A stretch of DNA of 64,000 nt, from positions 1,708,685 through 1,772,684 of the forward strand of contig JBFWNU010000001.1 in NCBI GenBank assembly GCA_050250895.1, read 5' to 3'. The notes beneath the pieces are model-generated. The model saw only the letters and a list, made by a program, of their open reading frames with translations. It ran no database searches and had not been told where the DNA came from. This document shows, piece by piece, positions 35,379 through 45,761 of this stretch (within the stretch, counting starts at the first letter, position 1; the number at the start of each line of letters is the position of its first letter). Origin of the DNA: Vulcanimicrobiota bacterium. GTDB lineage: Bacteria; Vulcanimicrobiota; Xenobia; Xenobiales; JADMJV01. The position numbers and the translations under genes are program-made.

Positions 35379-35690
35379 ATGTTTGACTTTAAAATTAGCG
35401 GTGGATTCGGCGGCGGCGGCGGTGGTCTGCCCGGCCTCGGTGGCCTGGGTGGACTCGGCGGCGGCGGCGGACTCCCCGGCCTCGGTGGACTTGGCGGCGG
35501 CGGGGGCTGTCCCAAGTGTAAGATGGGCAAACTCAAGAAACTGATGGCCCTGGCCAGCATGATGGGCGGACCGGGTGGTCCCGGTGGGCCCGGCGGCGGC
35601 GGTGGCTGTTGCGGCGCCGGTGGTGGCTGCGGCGGCGGCTGTGGTGGATGCGGGGGCGGAGCCCTCGGTCGCCTGGGTGGATTCGTTTAA
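35379..35690 (+). CDS. Small Gly-rich, Cys-containing protein
   Basis: TAAGGAG RBS; AT-rich upstream region and own terminator; MFDFKISGGFGGGG...CPKC...GCCGAGGGCGGGCGGCGG. Confidence 0.7.
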   Translation: MFDFKISGGFGGGGGGLPGLGGLGGLGGGGGLPGLGGLGGGGGCPKCKMGKLKKLMALASMMGGPGGPGGPGGGGGCCGAGGGCGGGCGGCGGGALGRLGGFV

Positions 35691-35714
35691 ACGACCAAAC
35701 AAGAGACGTCTAAG

Positions 35715-35743
35715 AAAGCCGGTCCGGGCGGACCGGCTTTTTT
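35715..35743 (+). terminator. Rho-independent terminator
   Basis: AAAGCCGGTCC-GGGC-GGACCGGCTTTTTT. Confidence 0.85.
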
Positions 35744-35788
35744 CATGGCCTGCCAGGGTATCCACCGGCCCTCGCCTAAGCGACGGCC

Positions 35789-37618
35789 ATGGTCATGGAC
35801 TGGAGTTGGTCGGGATGTTCCGGCGGTTCGCTAAGGGTGGTCTGCACCGGCGTGGTGGCGCGGCTTCGACTCACGCTTGACGGCGACTCGCCTGAGGATT
35901 TCAGCTTTCAACTGCCGGCCGAGGCGGCGCTGGAGCAATTGCAGCGAGGACCGGATGGGGTCGAGCTGACCTGGGTCGAGTGGATGAGCCTCGAAGGCCA
36001 TGCTCTGGCCTTGAGTCTGCCGGCCGGGCCGGCCAGTGTCGAGGTCCAAGTCACCGCCTCAGGTCCGGTCGACCATCCCGACCGCCTGGGCCCCGAGCCC
36101 GCTCGGCTCGGCTATCGCTGGCGGGTGGCCCCGCCCGGGCTTGCCTATCGCGAAGGCGAGACCTTGCTGGTGATGGCGGGTGGCTCGGCTGAATTGCCGA
36201 CGATGCCGCGGGATCTGGTCCTGCTGTTGGATGCCTCGACCGGCGCCGAACCGCTGTGGGGGGCGATTCGTGCGGGGGCGCGGCGTTTGCTCGAGTCGCT
36301 GGGCCCTGACGATCGGTTCTCGATTTTGACCTTCTCGCAGGGCGTCACCGGCGGCTTTGCCGGAGGCGCTCTGGTCCCGCGAGGGTTGGTCTCCAACTCC
36401 CTGGGTTGGCTGCGAACCGTGGTTTGCGAAGACGGCTTCGAGTTTCTCTCGGCCATGCAGGGGGCCATGAGCCAGTTTCGCGAGATGAGTCGGTTTCAAA
36501 TGCTGGTGCCGGTTCTACACCGCCAACCCGCTCCTTTCGATGTCGACTGTATCACTCCCATGGTGGCCACTGCCTTCGGCACCAGGATCTTTCCGGTGCT
36601 GCCCGAGGAGGGTGATTTCTCGCGCCTGTGCGCTCGGGTGGGTCGAGGCTGGGGGCGCCACGGAGCGCCTGACCGGGCTCTCGAACGGTTGGCCGAAGAG
36701 GTGGCCCGACCGGTGGTCACCGACGTGCGGGCGGCCGTCGACAGTGGCGGTTGCTTTCCCGACCGGTTGGGGGATCTGCTGGTCGGTCGCTGCAGTCCGC
36801 AACTGGTCGCCACCCGCAATGACGGCGCGGTCAAGCTGCGCGGCATTACAGCCGGCGGCGTCTGGGAAGAAACCCTGCCGGTCGAACCGGTGACCCAAGC
36901 GGGTCTCTCAAGTTTGCTCGAGCACCAGTTGCAAAAAATCGAGGCGGCCCCGCTTCCCATTCCGGCCGATGTCCGTCTGGAAGTCACCAGCCTGCTCGAG
37001 ATGTTGCTTTCGCAGATGGGCTCTTTTGACGATTTTCGTTGCTCGCTATCGATCGAGATGGGTCATCCGGTGGTCCGATTCAGCATCGCCGGGACGCCCC
37101 AGTTTCTGGCCATGCCGTGGCGCATCTATCGGCCGCTCCTCACCGTGTTGGCAGAGTGGGCCCCCACCTTTCCCACCGAGATTTACGGCCGGATTCCCGA
37201 CGGGAACGACGCCCTGGTCGTCGAGCTGGAGGACTATTTCCACTGTCGACGGGCCCATTTGCTCTTGTTGCCTCTCGAACTCGACACCTTACGTCGCGAG
37301 ATCGGGTCTCGGCTGGACTCGAGCCGGGCCCGCTTGCGTCAAATCGAGCGCTGGTACGAGCCGCCCTCGTCGTTCTGGGGGGCGCCGGTCGAGGCGCAGG
37401 CTTGCCATCCTCAGGCTGAAGTCGAAGAATGGCTCGAGCGCCACTATCGGCCTCTCTATCGCGACCAGCAGCGACTGGCCGGATTGCTCGAATGGGGGGC
37501 AGAACTTGACCCTAGGCTGGGTGACATGGCCTGTCAGCCACCTGCTCGGTTGGGGGCCGGGTGGGAGCTCTCGATTCAAGAGCAGCTCAAGCGCGTGGGA
37601 CACTGGCTCTCGCTTTGA
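35789..37618 (+). CDS. VWA-domain protein (divergent VIT/VWA-like)
   Basis: PRDLVLLLDASTG, LGPDDRFSILTFS, RPVVTDV. Confidence 0.6.
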   Translation: MVMDWSWSGCSGGSLRVVCTGVVARLRLTLDGDSPEDFSFQLPAEAALEQLQRGPDGVELTWVEWMSLEGHALALSLPAGPASVEVQVTASGPVDHPDRLGPEPARLGYRWRVAPPGLAYREGETLLVMAGGSAELPTMPRDLVLLLDASTGAEPLWGAIRAGARRLLESLGPDDRFSILTFSQGVTGGFAGGALVPRGLVSNSLGWLRTVVCEDGFEFLSAMQGAMSQFREMSRFQMLVPVLHRQPAPFDVDCITPMVATAFGTRIFPVLPEEGDFSRLCARVGRGWGRHGAPDRALERLAEEVARPVVTDVRAAVDSGGCFPDRLGDLLVGRCSPQLVATRNDGAVKLRGITAGGVWEETLPVEPVTQAGLSSLLEHQLQKIEAAPLPIPADVRLEVTSLLEMLLSQMGSFDDFRCSLSIEMGHPVVRFSIAGTPQFLAMPWRIYRPLLTVLAEWAPTFPTEIYGRIPDGNDALVVELEDYFHCRRAHLLLLPLELDTLRREIGSRLDSSRARLRQIERWYEPPSSFWGAPVEAQACHPQAEVEEWLERHYRPLYRDQQRLAGLLEWGAELDPRLGDMACQPPARLGAGWELSIQEQLKRVGHWLSL

Positions 37619-37727
37619 CCGGATGCGCGACCGAACCTCGTCTGGCGACGCTATCGCAGGCTCGGGCGGGTATAAACAACTCGAGGCCGGCCTCAGGCCG
37701 ACCTCGAGCGGATATATCAGCGACTCG

Positions 37728-38114
37728 CTAGCGAGCCGTAACGGCCGTTTGCTCGAGCACCAGTGTGCTCCCTTGACTGGAATTTCCTTCCATGGCGGTG
37801 GTTAATTTCACACAGACCGGTTTTTCTACCGGGTCGGTGTGGATCAGAAAGCTGGCGGTGGTTTGACCCCGCGGAATGCGGACGGCGGCGGGCACGTGCA
37901 CCGGTCCTTCGGAGCGTAGCTCAACCCACGTATTGTCGTCGTTTGCCGGGGTCGCCAGGCTCACTCGGGCGGTGATGGCGTTGCCGCCGGGCACGGCCGC
38001 CGTGGGCAGTTCGAGCGAGGCAAGATTGGCCGAATCGGCCCAGGCGCCGGCGGTCAAGCAGGCGGCGGCCATCAGGCTGCACACAGTTTTTTTGATCCAG
38101 TTGTGTCGTTTCAT
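37728..38114 (-). CDS. Secreted beta-sandwich-like protein
   Basis: Signal peptide ending AWA; VPAAVRIPRGQTTASF. Confidence 0.65.
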   Translation of the reverse strand: MKRHNWIKKTVCSLMAAACLTAGAWADSANLASLELPTAAVPGGNAITARVSLATPANDDNTWVELRSEGPVHVPAAVRIPRGQTTASFLIHTDPVEKPVCVKLTTAMEGNSSQGSTLVLEQTAVTAR

Positions 38115-38257
38115 CTCGGGTCCTCGCTGTTCGAATTTCTCGTTAGAGCGAGTCTAGCTTGTGACGAGAATCGATTCTGTGAACCCGCTCACAGCTCGGC
38201 AGGCTTTGGATTAGGTCGGTCGAATCGGCAGCGACTCAAGACTTCATAGGAGGAGCG

Positions 38258-39493
38258 ATGCAGTTGCAAACGCCGATCGATTCCCAACAGGCGATGGATT
38301 TGGAAGACCGTTACGGGGCCCACAATTACCACCCCATTCCGGTGGTTCTGTCTCGTGGTGAGGGGATCTATCTTTGGAACCCCGAGGGCGAGCGCTTCAT
38401 CGATTGCCTGTCGGCCTATTCGGCCGTCAACCAGGGCCATTGCCACCCGCGCATCATCGAGGCCATGGTCACCCAGGCCCGCAAGTTGACCCTAACCTCG
38501 CGCGCCTTCTTCAACGATGTCCTGGGCGAGTATTGTCGCTATCTGAGCGACTACTTCGGCTATCAGCGCGCCCTGCCGATGAACACCGGGGTCGAGGGAG
38601 GCGAGACCGCCATCAAGCTGGCTCGGCGCTGGGGTTATCTGCACAAAAACATTCCCGACCAGCAGGCCCGCGTGGTTTTTGTCGAAGGCAACTTTCACGG
38701 TCGCACCCTGGCCATCATCTCGACCTCGACCGACCCCACCTGCAAAGCCGGTTTCGGCCCCTACATGCCCGGCTTTGACGTGATCCCCTATAACGACCTC
38801 GAGGCTCTCGACAAAGCTCTGGCCAATCCTCACGTGTGCGGCTTCATGGTCGAGCCCATCCAGGGCGAGGCCGGGGTCAATGTGCCTTCACCGGGTTATC
38901 TTAGCCAGGCCCGCCAGTTGTGCACCAGGCACCGGGTCTTGATGATCGCCGACGAGATCCAGACGGGGCTTTGTCGCACCGGCAAAATGCTGGCCTGCGA
39001 GCACGAGAACGTGCGGCCTGACATCGTGATTCTGGGCAAGGCTCTATCTGGAGGTACCATGCCGGTCTCGGCGGTGCTGGCCGATGACGAGGTGATGTTG
39101 GGCATCAAGCCCGGCGAGCACGGGTCGACCTATGGAGGCAATCCGCTGGCTTGTCGGGTGGCCATGGAGGCCCTGGCCGTGCTTAAAGACGAGAATCTGG
39201 CCGAAAACGCGGAGCGCATGGGCGAGATTTTCCGCTCCGAGCTGAGCAGTCTCGAGCATCCCTGGATTCTCGAGGTCCGGGGCAAGGGTTTGCTCAACGC
39301 CGTCGAGGTCAAGCCCGACTCGGGCATTGACGCCTGGGATGTCTGCGTGCGTCTCAAAGAGAACGGCTTGCTGGCCAAGCCCACCCACGACACCATCATC
39401 CGCTTTGCCCCGCCTCTGGTCATCACCGAAACCCAATTGCGCGAAGCTCTGGCCATCATTAAGAAGACCTTCGCCAGCTTCGCCCAGGCGTAG
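38258..39493 (+). CDS. rocD: Ornithine aminotransferase
   Basis: [52 protein letters not shown]. Confidence 0.93.
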   Translation: MQLQTPIDSQQAMDLEDRYGAHNYHPIPVVLSRGEGIYLWNPEGERFIDCLSAYSAVNQGHCHPRIIEAMVTQARKLTLTSRAFFNDVLGEYCRYLSDYFGYQRALPMNTGVEGGETAIKLARRWGYLHKNIPDQQARVVFVEGNFHGRTLAIISTSTDPTCKAGFGPYMPGFDVIPYNDLEALDKALANPHVCGFMVEPIQGEAGVNVPSPGYLSQARQLCTRHRVLMIADEIQTGLCRTGKMLACEHENVRPDIVILGKALSGGTMPVSAVLADDEVMLGIKPGEHGSTYGGNPLACRVAMEALAVLKDENLAENAERMGEIFRSELSSLEHPWILEVRGKGLLNAVEVKPDSGIDAWDVCVRLKENGLLAKPTHDTIIRFAPPLVITETQLREALAIIKKTFASFAQA

Positions 39494-39544
39494 TCAGGAA
39501 AGGAAAACGTCCCATCCGGGAGAACCACTCAAGGTAACCGCTGC

Positions 39545-40609
39545 GTGGAGAGGAGCCCTACTTTGCCCCCCGTTCTGCCCGAGGGGAGTCGACTGAGGGC
39601 TCGCTATAAGATCGCGAGGCTTCTCGACTCTTCTCAGCTGCGCAACATTTACGTGGCTGAGGATACGCATTTACGGGGCAACACCTGGGTCGTCAAACAG
39701 ATGTTGCCGGTGGGGGTCGATATCTCCTGGGCCGGCTCGCTGACGCAGCGATTCGAGACCGAGGCCCGCTTGATCTCGACGCTCGAGCATCCCAACATTC
39801 CCAAGCTTCTCGACTTCTTCATCGAAGACTCGTTTATGTACATCGTGCGCGAGTATGTGCCGGGTCGAGACCTCACGGCCATCGTCAACGAGCGCCAGGG
39901 CGTGCTCTCCGAGAGCGAGTCGCTCAAGATCGGTATCCAGCTCAGCGGCCTGATGAGCTATCTGTTGCGCAAGAAGCTCTCGCCCGTGATTTTCCGCGAG
40001 TTGTCCCTGAACAACCTGATCTTGACTCCCGACGGAAAGATCAAGCTGGTGGATTTTGGCTTCTCTCGTCTGTTCCAGCGGGAGACGCGCCTGGGGCCGC
40101 CCGACTACTCGGCTCCTGAACAGTTCTCGGACGAAGAGGATGTGGATGGGCGAACGCTGGTCTACAACGTGGGGGCGCTGGTCTATCACCTGGTCTCGGG
40201 AGCCAATCCGGGACATTCTCCCTTCAACTTGCGTCCCATCGACGAATTGAACCCCAACGTGTCCGAGATGACCTGCAAGGTGGTGGCCCGCGCCACCAGC
40301 AACGAGAAGCGCCGTCGCTACAGCAATCTCAATGATCTCAAGCGACAGCTCCAAGCATGCCTGGATAGTCCCAAGAAGACCAAACAAAAGCCGCGCAAGT
40401 CTTCGCGCCCAGATCGCCCCACCCAGCCGACGGTGGCCGTGCCGTCAGGACCTTCTCACGCAACCCAGAAAGTGTTGATGCGGCATCTGCCCAAGCCCGA
40501 CTCCAGCCAGGCCATGACCTGGCTGGTAGGAATCTTTCTGACCCTGGTCATGGGAGGAAGCCTGATAGCGATCTACCAATTCTTCTTAAGGCCCCAGGAA
40601 GGTCTATAG
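39545..40609 (+). CDS. Ser/Thr kinase-like pseudokinase with C-terminal TM
   Basis: Kinase fold with VVK, DFG and APE, but FRELSLNN replaces HRDxKxxN and there is no Gly loop. Confidence 0.8.
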   Translation: MERSPTLPPVLPEGSRLRARYKIARLLDSSQLRNIYVAEDTHLRGNTWVVKQMLPVGVDISWAGSLTQRFETEARLISTLEHPNIPKLLDFFIEDSFMYIVREYVPGRDLTAIVNERQGVLSESESLKIGIQLSGLMSYLLRKKLSPVIFRELSLNNLILTPDGKIKLVDFGFSRLFQRETRLGPPDYSAPEQFSDEEDVDGRTLVYNVGALVYHLVSGANPGHSPFNLRPIDELNPNVSEMTCKVVARATSNEKRRRYSNLNDLKRQLQACLDSPKKTKQKPRKSSRPDRPTQPTVAVPSGPSHATQKVLMRHLPKPDSSQAMTWLVGIFLTLVMGGSLIAIYQFFLRPQEGL

Positions 40610-40612
40610 CTC

Positions 40613-42781
40613 TTGTTCGCACCGCAAACCATCATCGCCAATCGCTACGAAGTCATCCGCCTCATCGGTCAGGGCGGCATGAGCAACCTGTACTTGTGCC
40701 GCGACCGCAAATACAACAACGCGATTGTGGTCATCAAAGAGATGACGGCTGTCTACTCTGACCCCAACGAGCAGCAGATGGCGGTCAATCTTTTCCACCG
40801 CGAGGCGAAATTGCTGGCCAGCCTCAACCATCGGCACATCCCCAAGGTCTTCGACTATTTCCAATATCAGGGCAAGTACTACCTGTCGATGGAATACGTC
40901 GACGGCGACGATCTGGGCAAGCAGCTATCGGAACGGCCCGGTCCGATGGCCGAACGCGACGTGGCCGAGTTGGGCTCGCAGATGGCCACCGTGCTCTATT
41001 ATCTGCATGTCCACAAGCCTCCCATCGTCTTTCGTGATGTCAAGCCCAGCAACATCATGATGACCAAGGACGGGGTGAAGCTGATCGATTTCGGCATCGC
41101 ACGGCACTTTGACGTTTCTAAAAAGGGCGACACCATGCGCATCGGCTCGCCGGGCTACGCACCCCCCGAGCAGTACAGCGGTCAGACCGACCCGCGTTCG
41201 GACATCTATGCCCTGGGCGTTACCCTGCATCACGCTCTTACCGGCCGCGATCCTACCACCACCCAGACCCCGTTCCTTCTGCCGCCGCCCCGCGATCTCA
41301 ACCCGCAGGTCAGCCAGCGCATGGCGGACATCATCACGCGAGCCACCCGGCTCGACCCCAGCGACCGCTATCAGAACATGCTCGAGATGAAGCGCGACCT
41401 CAAGACGATACTCACCGGCCAAACCGGGGGAACGCGAGTGGTGGCCGGACCTCCCGGCAACTCCGCCACCGTGCCTCACAGCGGTCCACCGCCGGTGCCC
41501 AACCCGGCCGCCTCTTCCGCGACCCCGGCGGTGTCGGCCACTCCGGCGGGCGCGCAGAATCTTCAAAATCAGGCCACTCAGCCTCCGGCCAACGCGACTC
41601 CTCCGCCCAGGCCCAGCAAGCTGTCGGGGGTCTTGTTGGTGGCCTTTCTGCTATTGATTGTCGGAGGCGCGACCTTCGCCGCCGTCACCCAACCCGAGCT
41701 TTTCCAGCGTGGGCGCGAGAATCTCGCCTTGCTCTGGGCCCACTATTCGGCCGGCCAACTGCCGACCGACCCGGCCGAGGCGGCCCAGCGGCTCTATCTC
41801 GACGGCGGTTCGCTGGCCCTGGCTTATGCGCGCCTGCAAGAGGCTCCGGCCGAAAGTCATCCGCCCGTGCTCGAAAACAATTTGCTGGCCACCATGTCGG
41901 GCCACGAGACGCTGGCCGTGGGCGTGCTGGTCGAGGCCGACGACAACGCGGCCCTGGCGGGCCTGGCTCTGGCCCAGCGCGACCTCAATGGTCAGGGTGG
42001 GGTCGACGGCAAGCTGGTCGTCCTGCAGGTGATGACGGCCGGTGACGACCCGGCTCGCGCTTTCGAGCGGTTGGCCGCGGGTGCGGCGGGTCGTCGCAAT
42101 CCCGAGGGTGAAGCGACCCGCCCGGCCTGGATCGTGGTGACCACTGGAGTGCAGGGTGTGAACCCCGAGGTGCCCACCTTTGGGCTGGCCGAGGACTCTC
42201 TCGGCGAGGGGATCGAAAGCCTTCCCGAGGCTCCCTCGGTGTTGGCCAAAGCCGCCAAGAAAGTGGCCAAAGAGCCGATTCTCTGGCTGCACCCGGATGA
42301 CCCGGGCCCGGTCACGGTGACCCGCGAGGCGCCTCCCACCAGCCCCGACCAGGCGCTGGCTTTGCTGGGCAAAGCCGGCCAGGGCACGGTGGTGGTGGCC
42401 GCCGACCAGGCCAAGCCCCTGCTCGAGGCCCTGGGTGGTTTGCCCGGGCCTGAGCTGTTGTTGGTGGCCGACAGCGTCGAGCAGTTGCCCGAGGCGCGCA
42501 GCCGAACCCGGGCTCTGGTGAGCCACAATGGCCTTTCGCGCTCGGAATATGCCGACCGATTTTGGCGGCTGGCGCCACCGGATGCACCCCGCCAAACTGC
42601 CCGATGTTACGACCTGTTAACCTGGGCGGCCCTTTTTCGCGAGAAAACCCGCACCTATCGTGGAGTTACGGTCAGTATCAAGTCCGGCGAGTCGCCTCAG
42701 GCTCCTCCGTTCGCGATGTTGGTCCCGTCTCAGGATGGCAAATCCTGGGTCTACCAAGACGATATCGAGGTGCAACCATGA
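40613..42781 (+). CDS. Membrane Ser/Thr protein kinase with extracytoplasmic ligand-binding-like domain
   Basis: GQGGMS, VIKE, FRDVKPSN, DFG, PPE; TM helix; LALAQRDLN.QGGVDG (type I periplasmic-binding-like). Confidence 0.85.
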   Translation: MFAPQTIIANRYEVIRLIGQGGMSNLYLCRDRKYNNAIVVIKEMTAVYSDPNEQQMAVNLFHREAKLLASLNHRHIPKVFDYFQYQGKYYLSMEYVDGDDLGKQLSERPGPMAERDVAELGSQMATVLYYLHVHKPPIVFRDVKPSNIMMTKDGVKLIDFGIARHFDVSKKGDTMRIGSPGYAPPEQYSGQTDPRSDIYALGVTLHHALTGRDPTTTQTPFLLPPPRDLNPQVSQRMADIITRATRLDPSDRYQNMLEMKRDLKTILTGQTGGTRVVAGPPGNSATVPHSGPPPVPNPAASSATPAVSATPAGAQNLQNQATQPPANATPPPRPSKLSGVLLVAFLLLIVGGATFAAVTQPELFQRGRENLALLWAHYSAGQLPTDPAEAAQRLYLDGGSLALAYARLQEAPAESHPPVLENNLLATMSGHETLAVGVLVEADDNAALAGLALAQRDLNGQGGVDGKLVVLQVMTAGDDPARAFERLAAGAAGRRNPEGEATRPAWIVVTTGVQGVNPEVPTFGLAEDSLGEGIESLPEAPSVLAKAAKKVAKEPILWLHPDDPGPVTVTREAPPTSPDQALALLGKAGQGTVVVAADQAKPLLEALGGLPGPELLLVADSVEQLPEARSRTRALVSHNGLSRSEYADRFWRLAPPDAPRQTARCYDLLTWAALFREKTRTYRGVTVSIKSGESPQAPPFAMLVPSQDGKSWVYQDDIEVQP

Positions 42782-43449
42782 TACTCAAACGCTGGGCGCT
42801 GCACCTGGTGGCCCTGATAGTAGGCGCGATGCTGGGTCTGTTCCTGGTCGAGTTTGCCGGCCGCAGCCTGGCCATTCCCAACCTGGCTTCCATCCTGATT
42901 TGCCTGATTTTCATGGGGCTTTCGGTTTCGCTCTCGGTGTTGATGGCTCCCCAGCTCTTTCCGCTCCAATCGGCCGACGTCATCCGGCCCGAGATTCCTC
43001 GCCAGAACTGGGCCTGGCTGCGCCCTCGCGGTGACTCGATGCGGTCGGGCTTCCCGCTCAACAAAGACCAGGTCGTGATCGGTCGCGAAGTGCGCTGCGA
43101 CGTGATGCTCAACCACGCCAGCGTCTCGCGCCAGCACTCGGCCATCGTCCGCTTGGCCGAGGGCTATCTGCTGCGCGATCTCAACAGCAGCAACGGCACC
43201 TTCGTCAACGGACAGCGCATTCAGGAATACCTGTTGCAGAGTGGCGACCTGGTGGTCATTGGCGATTTGCAGTTCACCTTCGAAGGACCCAGCAACCCGG
43301 CCTTGCTCGGTCAGGCCCACGAAGCCGGCCTGAGCCCCGGCCTGTCACTGGACCCGACCGGCGGTGGCCCCACCCTGGGACTGACCCGAGCCGCTGAGGA
43401 CGACGACGAGGAAGAGGGCACCGAGGTGTGGCGCCCCCGCACGAGGTAG
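42778..43449 (+). CDS. Membrane-anchored FHA-domain protein
   Basis: IGR, SVSRQH, DLNSSNGTFVNG; two TM helices; ATG overlaps the kinase stop. Confidence 0.85.
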   Translation: MILKRWALHLVALIVGAMLGLFLVEFAGRSLAIPNLASILICLIFMGLSVSLSVLMAPQLFPLQSADVIRPEIPRQNWAWLRPRGDSMRSGFPLNKDQVVIGREVRCDVMLNHASVSRQHSAIVRLAEGYLLRDLNSSNGTFVNGQRIQEYLLQSGDLVVIGDLQFTFEGPSNPALLGQAHEAGLSPGLSLDPTGGGPTLGLTRAAEDDDEEEGTEVWRPRTR

Positions 43450-43450
43450 G

Positions 43451-44095
43451 TCACCGTTTGCGGTAGATGTAGAAGGTCCAAGCCCGCGGCAAAGTGCTCC
43501 TGGTCCAGGCCATGGCCGACTGGTGACGCTCGACCAACTCCAGGTTGGCAGCCTCGAGGGGATGCTCGGGCACGATCAACCGCGCCCCGGGCTTGAAAGA
43601 CGCGCTTCGGCGGGCGAGCTGTTGAGCCATCCATTCGCTCACGGCGGTGGCCGCGCAATAGATGATGTCCGCCTGGGACACGTCGAAGCTCAAGAGGTCG
43701 CCGTGGTAAAACCTGGTGTTGGTGAATCTCAGTCGGGCCGCCGCTCGGCGAGCAAACTCGACGGCACCGGGCACGATATCGACTCCGACGCTGCGGCCGA
43801 CCCGCGAGGCGGCTACCAGGTTGGTGGCTCCACAACCGCAGCCCAGGTCAAGAAACGTGTCGTGGGGTCCGGCGTGGACGAGGTCGAGCAAGCGCGCCAT
43901 CAGGGCCAGCGGGGTTTCTCCGTAGGACAGGCTCGACAGCTCGGGCCGGAACCCTGGATGCTCGCCATAGAGGGCGGGCAGGGTCTCTTCGAGCAAGGAC
44001 AGTTCGGCCACGGTAAAGGTGTCGAAGCGGCTGTAGAACCTGTGAATGCGCTCGCAGTCCCCCGTGTCGGTCGGGTCAAGGTGGTGCCGCTCGAT
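43451..44095 (-). CDS. Class I SAM methyltransferase (paralog of 31969-32595); probable ATC start
   Basis: YGETP, FLDLGCGCG; similarity to the paralog extends upstream of GTG 44011. Confidence 0.75.
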   Translation of the reverse strand: MERHHLDPTDTGDCERIHRFYSRFDTFTVAELSLLEETLPALYGEHPGFRPELSSLSYGETPLALMARLLDLVHAGPHDTFLDLGCGCGATNLVAASRVGRSVGVDIVPGAVEFARRAAARLRFTNTRFYHGDLLSFDVSQADIIYCAATAVSEWMAQQLARRSASFKPGARLIVPEHPLEAANLELVERHQSAMAWTRSTLPRAWTFYIYRKR

Positions 44096-44105
44096 GGTGC
44101 TACCC

Positions 44106-44372
44106 TCAGGCTAGACCGGGTTCCTCGCTGCCCCAGTTCTTGCTTTCGTGAGTGAGATACTCGTTGACCAGGCAACCCCAGTCGCCTTCGAGTCGCTCGA
44201 TGATCCGGCGAATCTCGTCCATCTCGACATGTCCCTGGCCCGGAGTCTGTCCCCGGGCCAGGTGAATCATTTTGACGTTACAGCTGGGGCAACGAGTCGT
44301 GCGAGAGCTGAGGTAGTCGAGGAAGCGGCGCTTGATGTGAAATCCGCAGTTTGCACAATCGATTTTGATCAT
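44106..44372 (-). CDS. Small zinc-ribbon protein
   Basis: CANC...CPSC. Confidence 0.6.
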   Translation of the reverse strand: MIKIDCANCGFHIKRRFLDYLSSRTTRCPSCNVKMIHLARGQTPGQGHVEMDEIRRIIERLEGDWGCLVNEYLTHESKNWGSEEPGLA

Positions 44373-44438
44373 GATCTCGACTGAAAACATCTGGGTTGAG
44401 TATAACATAACCCCGGCAATATTGGGAAACTCCTGCCC

Positions 44439-45377
44439 TCAAGAGAAATCGAGCAAGGTCAGGTAGGTGCGGGCCACCACGCCTGTCTGAACGAGCAAGA
44501 AGTGTCCCCTCTTGAGTTCTTCGAGTGCTTGGGCGAGGGCACCCGGGTCCTCGTTTTCGGCCGCGTGTTCAAGCGCGATGAGGGCTCCCTGGACGGTCTG
44601 TTGACCCCGGGCCGCCAATTCTAGCAGCAGCTCTCCACCCTCGACGGCCGCTGGCAGGGGCCGTCGCTCGAGACTGGCCTCGAACTGCTGGCGGACGGTC
44701 TCGAGCAGACGCAGATACTCGGCCCGAGTCGTGAGGCGAAGTAGCAGGTCGCCGGTGGCTCGACGCAAGACCTGGAAGGCCGAGGGAGCCTCTTCGCTGG
44801 TCTGACCTCCGGCTTCGTCGCGCCACTTGCGAAACAGCGTGAGCTTTCGCTTGAGGTCGGCCGTGTGGACGTTGAGGAAATACTCCTCGACGTACTTGTC
44901 GGCAGCCTCGTCGCCCACCAGCGACGCCAATTCGCGAGTCAGATAGGTGCGCCCCGAGCGATGCAACAGCTCGTTGTCATCGATCTGAGCGACGCTGGCC
45001 AGAAACTCGGTGCGGTTCTGGCGCTGCTGGTCGTTGCCCAGGTGGTGAAGATAGCGAAACACGACCTCGCGCCGCCAATCGTCGGGCTGCTCGGCCGCGA
45101 TTTGCCGCAGGGTCTCTTGCTGCTGGCCTTCGAGAACCTGGCGGATCTGGGTCAGCTTGAAGCCCTGGTTCTTTAGCTGCAAGATTCGCCGCAGCCGCTT
45201 GACCGAGTCGCGAGGAAAGAAGCCAACGCGCCCGTCGGCGCCTACGTACGGGTTGTGAATCGGCTTGGGCAGGAGGCCCTTGGCGACGTAATACTTGACG
45301 GTCCGATCGCTGACCTCCAGGCCCATCGACCGCAATTCTTCCAGGAACTGTTTGGGGTTGTAGAACTCTTTTGGCAC
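44439..45377 (-). CDS. MerR-family HTH protein
   Basis: VSDRTVKYYVAKGLLP...RLRRILQLKNQGFKLTQIR. Confidence 0.8.
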   Translation of the reverse strand: MPKEFYNPKQFLEELRSMGLEVSDRTVKYYVAKGLLPKPIHNPYVGADGRVGFFPRDSVKRLRRILQLKNQGFKLTQIRQVLEGQQQETLRQIAAEQPDDWRREVVFRYLHHLGNDQQRQNRTEFLASVAQIDDNELLHRSGRTYLTRELASLVGDEAADKYVEEYFLNVHTADLKRKLTLFRKWRDEAGGQTSEEAPSAFQVLRRATGDLLLRLTTRAEYLRLLETVRQQFEASLERRPLPAAVEGGELLLELAARGQQTVQGALIALEHAAENEDPGALAQALEELKRGHFLLVQTGVVARTYLTLLDFS

Positions 45378-45392
45378 CAGGTCGTTGCGCGG

Positions 45393-45761
45393 CTATCCTA
45401 CCGAGAACTGGCTCATCCACTGCTGGTTTTGCTCGATGACGTATTCGATGGAACTCAAGATGTCATCGCCCTCTTCGACCAGCAAGACCGCCTGGGTCAG
45501 TCGTTGGGAGTCGTCGTCTTCAAAATAGCCAAAGATCTCTTCGGTGGCCCCGTGAATCAGGCCGATGGCCTCGAGCATGAACTCGCGAATGACCTCGGCA
45601 CCTTCGGGAGCCGGCTGCTGGTATTGCTCGTGCAGCTCGACCAGAAGATTCTGCACGCCCTCGAGGGCCACGCCGATTTCGTCCAGATCGAGTTCGGTGC
45701 CCAGCGCGAGGTGCTCGGCCAGATCTCGAATAAACGCAACTAGTTCACTCGAGTTCGTCAC
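45393..45761 (-). CDS. Hypothetical acidic helical protein
   Basis: 122 aa within the operon. Confidence 0.65.
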   Translation of the reverse strand: MTNSSELVAFIRDLAEHLALGTELDLDEIGVALEGVQNLLVELHEQYQQPAPEGAEVIREFMLEAIGLIHGATEEIFGYFEDDDSQRLTQAVLLVEEGDDILSSIEYVIEQNQQWMSQFSVG

